From the NCBI GenBank assembly GCA_963826535.1, contig CAWGXL010000011.1, forward strand, positions 728,581 through 792,580: DNA of 64,000 nucleotides, given 5' to 3'. The notes below the pieces were generated by a model. It made no database searches, had not been told where the DNA came from, and worked only from the letters and a program-made list of their open reading frames with translations. This DNA comes from an uncultured bacterium (lineage in GTDB: Bacteria; Patescibacteriota; Microgenomatia; Levybacterales; UBA12049). The translations under genes and the position numbers were made by a program. This document shows, one piece after another, positions 57,387 to 64,000 of this stretch. Each line of letters starts with the position of its first letter. The first letter of the stretch is position 1.

Positions 57387-59475
57387 AATATTTATATCTT
57401 TAGTATTTTTCTTAGTGCTGTTATTTTCTGCAGCAGCGGAAGTGAATGCTAATGTACCGGATGTGATCGGACAAGTAGTCACTTCAACCGGCGCTCCTGT
57501 GAGCGGAGTATGGGTGAAATGGACAGATGGTGAAGGGCATTATAGATATGACAAGACAGATGGTAATGGCAATTATTTTTTTATATCTTGGGATGCTCTT
57601 AGTACAGCACAAAAAACTTCGCTTATGAATACAAACATTGATACAAACCTTGATGGGTCAAATGACACTAATCAGGCAAATGATAATGGGGGGAGGGCTT
57701 TTAGTTGTTTGACAAATAAGCATGCTTTCAGCGTAGTACGTCCTGTGGGAATGACAGGGAATTTTAGTACAATAACTAATATAACAGTAAACAATGGAAA
57801 TAATACAATTGTTTTAAGTGATATGATTTTCACGTCTACTGCAGCTACGCCAACTCCCTCTCCAACATTTACTCCCACACCAACACTAAATCCTTTATTT
57901 ACCCCCACACCTACAGTGACGCCAGGAGGACCGACACCAACTCCTCCAGGACCCACCTCGACACCAACGCCCTCACCTACACCTGTACCAACTTCAACGA
58001 TAACCGGGAGAATCTTCATTGACACTAATTTGAATGGAACACAAGATGGCGGAGAGTCTGCATTTTCGGGGGGGGCTGAAATTATCGTCACGGGGACTTC
58101 TTATGCTAGAACAATAACAGACGGGGCAGGAAATTATTCATTCCCAAGTCTTTTTGTTGGTTCTTATACTGTATATGTGTCTATTCCTAATAATTATAGC
58201 TCAACAACTTCTACAAATGTAAATGTAACTATAGCTCCGGGTGGTATTGTGAATTATGGTATCGTCCCTTCGTTTTCCGTAATTGGAAACATATTTAACG
58301 ATATTAATAAAAATCTCAGGATGGACAGCGGTGAAACAGTCATACCAAATGCAGAAGTGGATTCAACAGGAGGGACATTTGCCCAGAATAATGGTATTTA
58401 TGAAATTCAAGATCTGAAAGCCGGAACATACACAATAACTTACATAACTCCATTGCCAAATGGTTTTTATATGATATATCCTAAACCACCTTCATTTCAG
58501 GTTACAGTTGGCCCGGGTTGTATTACGGATACTACAACAGGCGCTGTTTGTTCTGCGCGAGGTGATATTACAGATCTGAATTTTTCAGTAAGTGATTCGT
58601 GGCCCTGGCTGCAAACCTATGGCTTGGATCTGCGTTTTGACAATGGTGTGACTAATCTCCTCCCAGCAAGTACAACATGTGGAGGAGGTTCATACGCTTC
58701 AGGGACAGGAGGAGGATTTTCAACTCCCGGTATAAACTTTACCGGTGACTCGAGCGCAGACTTTGGACAAGGATCAGCTTCAAGCAATAATTGGGTGGTA
58801 GGTGGAATATCTTATCCTGAAGTTTTCAAAGGTAACAATCCTTTGAAGACCTCTACACAAAGTCTTCGCACATTGGCTCAAAAAGCAGGGATTCCCTTAA
58901 TTTCCCTAAGCAGTGTTGCCGGGTGCTCAAATCCTGCAACTGACTGTAATCTGCCTAATAATTTGGCGCAAGGAGTCTATGTTACAAATGGGGATATACG
59001 ATTTAGAAGACAGTTTACCAGTACATTTGTGACCGGGAACACATATGTGTTTATCACAGGAAACAACAGTAATATGTTTTTCGAGAATAATGCAAGAACA
59101 ATTGTGCCACTTGGAGCTACGGTTATTTTCTCAGCGGGACTTGATATGTTGATTGACCCAACAATTCGCCCAGCAACAAACACTTGTCCTGTACCCGCCG
59201 GGCAATTACAGGGTATATTCAGTGCTGACAGGCATATCATCATCTCAGGCAATAATGGGGATTGTTTGCTACCTGCCGATTCAATGCTTAATATTGACGG
59301 CACATTGATTATCAATGCAGAAAAAATCTCAGGTAAATTTCAGAACCAGAGAGACCTATGTGCCGATAATCGTTCTTTTCCTTCTTTAACAATTAAAGCC
59401 AGAGCTGATTTTATTCTCAATACTCCCGGTTTTCTGACACAACAACAAACAATTACATATGAGGAGACGCCGTAG
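57367..59475 (+). CDS. Secreted surface protein with SdrD-B/Cna-like domains and PT-rich linker
   Basis: Signal peptide; ITGRIFIDTNLNGTQDGGE, TDGAGNYSF and (TP)n. Confidence 0.8.
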   Translation: MKLFTIKIFISLVFFLVLLFSAAAEVNANVPDVIGQVVTSTGAPVSGVWVKWTDGEGHYRYDKTDGNGNYFFISWDALSTAQKTSLMNTNIDTNLDGSNDTNQANDNGGRAFSCLTNKHAFSVVRPVGMTGNFSTITNITVNNGNNTIVLSDMIFTSTAATPTPSPTFTPTPTLNPLFTPTPTVTPGGPTPTPPGPTSTPTPSPTPVPTSTITGRIFIDTNLNGTQDGGESAFSGGAEIIVTGTSYARTITDGAGNYSFPSLFVGSYTVYVSIPNNYSSTTSTNVNVTIAPGGIVNYGIVPSFSVIGNIFNDINKNLRMDSGETVIPNAEVDSTGGTFAQNNGIYEIQDLKAGTYTITYITPLPNGFYMIYPKPPSFQVTVGPGCITDTTTGAVCSARGDITDLNFSVSDSWPWLQTYGLDLRFDNGVTNLLPASTTCGGGSYASGTGGGFSTPGINFTGDSSADFGQGSASSNNWVVGGISYPEVFKGNNPLKTSTQSLRTLAQKAGIPLISLSSVAGCSNPATDCNLPNNLAQGVYVTNGDIRFRRQFTSTFVTGNTYVFITGNNSNMFFENNARTIVPLGATVIFSAGLDMLIDPTIRPATNTCPVPAGQLQGIFSADRHIIISGNNGDCLLPADSMLNIDGTLIINAEKISGKFQNQRDLCADNRSFPSLTIKARADFILNTPGFLTQQQTITYEETP

Positions 59476-59477
59476 AA

Positions 59478-59885
59478 TTATTTTTGGATTCTATTTCTTT
59501 TTGATTTTTTTCTTCTTGTAAATTCGCGGAAATAGTGATTGTGAAGTTTTTTAAATTCCTTGTGTAATTTTTCAAGTTCTTCATCGGAAAGATCTTCTAT
59601 ATTTACCAAGCTATTTCTAGCTCCTTTTACTGCCCTGATTAATTCATCTAATTTTAATTGTGTTGCTTTCGCGTCTCTGTTTTGCGTGTTCTGGATTAGA
59701 AAGACCATGAGGAAGGTTATTATAGTTGTTCCGGTATTGATGACTATTTGCCAGGAATTAGAATAGTTGAAGTATGCCCCGGATACAGCCCAAGCGAGAA
59801 TTAAGAGCAAAGCAGCTATAAATGTCCAAGGAGCTCCTACTGCATAGGAAATTTGGTTTGCTATTTTGTGAAATGAGTCATTCAT
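59478..59885 (-). CDS. Low-affinity iron permease family protein
   Basis: WQIVINTGTTIITFLMVFLIQNTQNRD..A.QLKLDELIRA. Confidence 0.92.
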   Translation of the reverse strand: MNDSFHKIANQISYAVGAPWTFIAALLLILAWAVSGAYFNYSNSWQIVINTGTTIITFLMVFLIQNTQNRDAKATQLKLDELIRAVKGARNSLVNIEDLSDEELEKLHKEFKKLHNHYFREFTRRKKSKRNRIQK

Positions 59886-60089
59886 ATATTTTGGGTGGAG
59901 CTGAAAGTGATTATAGCATATGTATTTCAGGTCAAAAGTCTTATGCAAATATTAAGAAGAATGTGGTATATTGTAAAGGATAAGACCCACCATTTCCCGA
60001 TTAAATCGGAGAGTCCTGCCTGCAGACGCCTTGAGCGTCAGCGATTGACGGGCAGGGCTTTAGCGGCGGGTAAGAGGGGAGGTGAGGAT

Positions 60090-60626
60090 ATGGATAATAA
60101 TCAAGAAAATACAAATACAACACCAAGCCAGTCTAGTGGGCAGGGAAAAAGTGGTATGAATCTTTTTATTCCTATTGCAATAGTTGGTCTAATAGTAATA
60201 GTTTTGGTAGGAATATTTGCTTTTCAAGGACAACAAAAAGAAAGTCCATCAGTTGTCAAGGAAACAGAACAAACTCCGACTAATGCCGGTAATTCAACTG
60301 AAACTCCAACAATAGTTTCTCAAGCGACAGATTATAAAGATGGTACATATAAAGCGATTGGAAATTATACAAGTCCAGGTGGAGCTGAGCAGATTGATGT
60401 TTCTGTTACTATTAAAGACGATATCATTGAGAATGCGGAGGTAAAGTCGATTGCGCAGCGGCCAAATACAATAAAATTCCAAGGTATATTTGTTGCGAAT
60501 TATGAACCATTTGTTGTCGGGAAAAATATTGATGAAGTAAAGCTCGATAAAGTATCGGCTTCTTCTTTGGCTCCAAAGGGATTTAATGACGCGCTTGAGA
60601 AAATAAAGGCTGAGGCAAAAGCATAG
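60090..60626 (+). CDS. Membrane-anchored FMN-binding (flavinylated) protein
   Basis: YKDGTY...VSASSL..KGF motifs; adjacent to apbE; SD GGAGGTGA. Confidence 0.85.
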   Translation: MDNNQENTNTTPSQSSGQGKSGMNLFIPIAIVGLIVIVLVGIFAFQGQQKESPSVVKETEQTPTNAGNSTETPTIVSQATDYKDGTYKAIGNYTSPGGAEQIDVSVTIKDDIIENAEVKSIAQRPNTIKFQGIFVANYEPFVVGKNIDEVKLDKVSASSLAPKGFNDALEKIKAEAKA

Positions 60627-60794
60627 ATATAGATTATTGATCTATTGTGCCGCGGGTCCTGTCGGTCGTTTCGTCTGCGCATGTCAAGGAAGTGAGCTCG
60701 GATTTTGTCCTCCGCTCCGTCCGACAGCATCCTTCGCTTCGCTTGGTCTAGGCGCTCGAGGGGGACCACGCCCGCCACCCGCTTGCGGTCTATG
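60622..60794. repeat. GC-rich structured intergenic element with short inverted ends
   Basis: cataga...tctatg ends; internal tgtcgg/ccgaca and ggtcc/ggacc pairings. Confidence 0.5.
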
Positions 60795-60808
60795 GTTTTG
60801 ACAAATAT

Positions 60809-61738
60809 ATGCTAAGTTGGGTATTTGATGCGATTGGTACTAAGTGGCAGATTGATATTAATTCTTCGTTGCCGGTTAATAAACGGATTTTTTTGGAAAA
60901 ACTTATACGGAAACGGATTGATGAATTTGATAAAACTTATTCAAGGTTTCGTTCTGATTCACTTATTAGGAAGTTAGCTGTAAAAAAAGGGAAGTATCTT
61001 TTGCCTCCTGACGGAGATGCTTTGTTTAAATTTTACGATCAGCTTTACAAGTTGACGGGAGGTTTATTTACTCCACTGATAGGGCAAGTGCTGGTAGATG
61101 CGGGTTATGATGAAACTTATTCTTTAAAGCCTAAAAAACTCCACCATCCGCTATCTTGGGATGAGGTATTAAATTATTATCCACCGGATAACAGTCGGCA
61201 CCCGGCCTCGCCATATGTAATTATAAAAAAACCTAGTATTCTTGATTTTGGCGCAGCAGGAAAAGGGTACTTAATTGATATCGTGAGTGAAATTTTAGAA
61301 GAGAAAGGTGTCGCTTCTTATTGTATTGATGCCGGAGGAGATATTCGATATCGCAATGATAAAAAGAGAACGCTTCGGGTAGGGCTGGAGAATCCTGACA
61401 ATTTTCAACAAGTTATTGGAGTAGCAGAAATTACAAATGAAAGTATTTGCGGCTCTGCTGGAAATAGGCGGAAGTGGGGGAAGTATCATCATATTATTGA
61501 TCCTTTTACTTTGTCCTCTCCACAAACTATTCTTGCTACATGGGTTATAGCGCCGACAACAATGCCGGGTACCAGTCGGTACCCGACTATGCTTGCTGAT
61601 GGATTGGCAACGTGTTTATTTTTTGTCTCACCTGAAATACTCTTGAATAAATTTAGTTTTGAATATATTATTATGTATAGTGACTATTCGATAATGAAGT
61701 CAGTTGGGTTTAATGGGGAGCTCTTTGTTAATGAATGA
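60809..61738 (+). CDS. apbE: FAD:protein FMN transferase
   Basis: AIGT, SRFRSDS, DFGAAGKGY, DAGGD, HHIIDP and ADGLAT motifs. Confidence 0.93.
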   Translation: MLSWVFDAIGTKWQIDINSSLPVNKRIFLEKLIRKRIDEFDKTYSRFRSDSLIRKLAVKKGKYLLPPDGDALFKFYDQLYKLTGGLFTPLIGQVLVDAGYDETYSLKPKKLHHPLSWDEVLNYYPPDNSRHPASPYVIIKKPSILDFGAAGKGYLIDIVSEILEEKGVASYCIDAGGDIRYRNDKKRTLRVGLENPDNFQQVIGVAEITNESICGSAGNRRKWGKYHHIIDPFTLSSPQTILATWVIAPTTMPGTSRYPTMLADGLATCLFFVSPEILLNKFSFEYIIMYSDYSIMKSVGFNGELFVNE

Positions 61739-61782
61739 TGACTGATTATTGATGGGGTTGTGGCAGAAGTTTTTGATTAAGT

Positions 61783-63312
61783 ATGATAAGGTTTGTTGAT
61801 AATATTATTAATTCAATAACGATGTATAGGCTTGTTCTATACGGATTAATCGTACTGGCAGCATATGCTATTGTATGTGGGTTTTTGGGTGTTCTTCCTT
61901 ATAGCGGACTTCAAATGATTGCTTCAGTTATATTGTGGCTTCTTGTTTGTTATGTCGCAAATTGGCTGCTTGCAAAAGTTTTTAATGCTCAAACAAATGT
62001 AGAATCCTGGGCAATTACCGCGCTTATTCTTTTCTTTCTATTTATGCCACTAACACTTCAGCCAGAATCAGTGTTATCAGAAGTGTGGATACCTATTCTT
62101 GCAGGAGTAATTGCTATGGCTTCAAAATATATATTTGTAATAAAAAGACAACATATTTTTAATCCTGCCGCGTATGCTGCGGTAGTTCTAAGTTTTAGCC
62201 CCAGTACTGTAGCATTATGGTGGATCGGAAGTCCTGTAATGTTGCCTATTACGCTAATTGTGGGATTTCTGATTGTCCGAAAGATCCGCAAATTTAGCAT
62301 GTTTTTTTCTTTTGTTGCGGCCAGCTTAGTCGGGACATTTATTTTGGGAATCCAAACGCAGAATTTAAGCACGGATCTTTTTGTTCAAATGATTCTCTCG
62401 GGACCACTTATATTTTTGGGCACAATTATGCTTACTGAACCATTAACAACACCGCCACGGAGAAAATTGCAGATGATTTATGGTGCTCTCGTTGGGATAC
62501 TTTCTACATTACAATTTAATATTGGTCCACTCTATTCAACGCCGGAGCTGGCGCTGTTTATAGGGAATATTTTTTCCTATATTGTCGGTCCAAAACAAAA
62601 ACTATTTCTTTATCTTAAAGAAAAAAGTGAGATCGCAGAGAACACACATGAATTTATTTTCGAGTCTCAAAAGTTAAAGGCTAAAGCCGGACAATATTTG
62701 GAATGGACATTGCCCCATCCCAGCCCAGACAGCCGGGGTGTGAGAAGATTTTTTACTATTGCTTCATCCCCAACAGAGGGCGAGGTTAGGCTTGGGGTAA
62801 AGATTGGTAAAAATGTGAGTAGCTTCAAGAAACAACTTTTATCTCTTGAGAAAAATGCTCCGGCAATCGCAACTTCGTTGGCTGGAGATTTTGTACTGCC
62901 GGATGATCATAGAAAAACACTGGTTTTTATAGCCGGAGGTATAGGCATAACGCCATTTCGTAGTATGGTAAAATATTTGCTAGATAAACAAGAAAAGCGG
63001 ACTATAACTTTGTTATATTTCAATAAAAATGTTAGTGAGATCGCATATAAAGAAATTTTTGATCAAGCGGGGGATAAAATGGACATGAAAACTGTGTATA
63101 TTCTTACTGATCGCGAACGTATACCTTCAGGATGGAAGGGTGAGGTAGGCAGGCTAGACGCGCAAATGCTTTCTCGTGCAGTTCCTGACGCCGCGACGAG
63201 AATATTTTATCTTTCCGGGCCAAATGCGTTGGTGAATAATTATAAGCGTATACTTTTGGCTACCAAGATAAGCCGGAAAAATATAGTCACAGATTATTTT
63301 CCGGGGTTTTAA
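61783..63312 (+). CDS. NqrB/RnfD-like membrane domain fused to an FAD/NAD(P)H-binding reductase
   Basis: HIFNPAA and MLTEPLTTP; RRFFTIASSP, IAGGIGITPFRS and YLSGP. Confidence 0.9.
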   Translation: MIRFVDNIINSITMYRLVLYGLIVLAAYAIVCGFLGVLPYSGLQMIASVILWLLVCYVANWLLAKVFNAQTNVESWAITALILFFLFMPLTLQPESVLSEVWIPILAGVIAMASKYIFVIKRQHIFNPAAYAAVVLSFSPSTVALWWIGSPVMLPITLIVGFLIVRKIRKFSMFFSFVAASLVGTFILGIQTQNLSTDLFVQMILSGPLIFLGTIMLTEPLTTPPRRKLQMIYGALVGILSTLQFNIGPLYSTPELALFIGNIFSYIVGPKQKLFLYLKEKSEIAENTHEFIFESQKLKAKAGQYLEWTLPHPSPDSRGVRRFFTIASSPTEGEVRLGVKIGKNVSSFKKQLLSLEKNAPAIATSLAGDFVLPDDHRKTLVFIAGGIGITPFRSMVKYLLDKQEKRTITLLYFNKNVSEIAYKEIFDQAGDKMDMKTVYILTDRERIPSGWKGEVGRLDAQMLSRAVPDAATRIFYLSGPNALVNNYKRILLATKISRKNIVTDYFPGF

Positions 63313-63314
63313 AG

Positions 63315-64000
63315 ATGAAAACTAAATTAATTATTTTAGGGATTGTTGTAATTGTGGTTATTTTTATACTAGGGTTGGTTTCAAATAAGAGCACGCCTCC
63401 TCCTGAGACTGAACCGAATACAACAATAAAGCCGACAGTCGAAGTTGACGCTGACGAGGTCAGTATAATCGCCGAGAATTTGGATACACCTTGGGGTATA
63501 GCTTTTCTACCTGATAATATTATATTGATTACTGAACGACCAGGGAGAGTTAGGCTAATTGGAGCCCATGGAGGATTACAATATGATCCGGTCATAGTGT
63601 TAAATCAGGTAAAAGAAGTTGGCGAGAGTGGTCTGCTTGGAATTGCTCCACATCCGGATTTTTTGGGGAATCAGTATGTATATCTATACTACTCATATGG
63701 TGTTCAAGTTAATAGGCTTAGGAATGATACAATTAATAGAGTGGTAAGGATGAAATTTCAGAATAATAAACTTATAAATGAACAAATTATTGTAGACGGC
63801 ATTCCTGGTTCGGATAATCACAACGGCGGAAGAATGCATTTTGGGCCGGATGGCTATTTGTATATTACTACGGGAGACGCGCAGGATGTATCACAAGCAC
63901 AGGATACTTCTTCATTGGCAGGGAAGATTTTACGTGTTACAGATGAGGGCAAACCAGTTTCCGGGAACCCATTTGGTAATTTAATATATTCATACGGGCA
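63315..64000 (+). CDS. PQQ-dependent sugar dehydrogenase (GSDH/YliI family), partial; absent from the ORF track
   Basis: LDTPWGIAFLPD..ITERPGR, GESGLLG..HPDF and HNGGR..FGPDGYLYITTGDA. Confidence 0.9.
   Translation, partial: MKTKLIILGIVVIVVIFILGLVSNKSTPPPETEPNTTIKPTVEVDADEVSIIAENLDTPWGIAFLPDNIILITERPGRVRLIGAHGGLQYDPVIVLNQVKEVGESGLLGIAPHPDFLGNQYVYLYYSYGVQVNRLRNDTINRVVRMKFQNNKLINEQIIVDGIPGSDNHNGGRMHFGPDGYLYITTGDAQDVSQAQDTSSLAGKILRVTDEGKPVSGNPFGNLIYSYG

Noticed and set aside
59895-60089. N-terminal extension of the FMN-binding protein, or a riboswitch
   Set aside because: A strong SD supports ATG 60090. The upstream GC-rich stretch looks like nested palindromic repeats (cctgcc..ggcagg) and shows no FMN-riboswitch consensus I can recognise.
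1-64000. CRISPR array, cas genes, rRNA, tRNA, transposase or integrase
   Set aside because: No regularly spaced repeat-spacer series, RNA-gene signature or catalytic motif was recognised by eye; a covariance search could still find something missed.
1-64000. Complete DGR cassette
   Set aside because: No reverse transcriptase ORF or AAY-rich template repeat was seen; only target-like genes.

Overview
AT-rich bacterial window typical of a Patescibacteria/CPR (Microgenomates-like) genome; the taxonomy is inferred from gene style. Housekeeping genes (rpsU, ybeY, dnaX-ybaB-prs-recR, cysS, a prenyl synthase, uppS, uppP, amtB, aroB) are mixed with inositol genes (ino1, IMPase, CDP-alcohol phosphotransferase), four toxin-antitoxin pairs, Cys-rich surface proteins, a four-gene Cys-rich paralog array and a flavinylation electron-transfer cluster. 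No rRNA, tRNA, CRISPR array, transposase or reverse transcriptase was recognised. The best candidate for an undescribed system is at 41.4-45.8 kb. Two paralogous orphan ATP-grasp ligases each sit behind their own promoter, a 16-17 codon leader peptide (FFF in one, FFLLL in the other) and a covarying attenuator, and an M20 hydrolase follows. Other highlights: four genes with DGR-target-like tails, two of them sharing a near-identical promoter 48 kb apart; a dual ANTAR-type hairpin ahead of amtB; and several palindrome and heptamer families inserted in-frame into essential genes. One of these elements has its core inverted relative to its arms.
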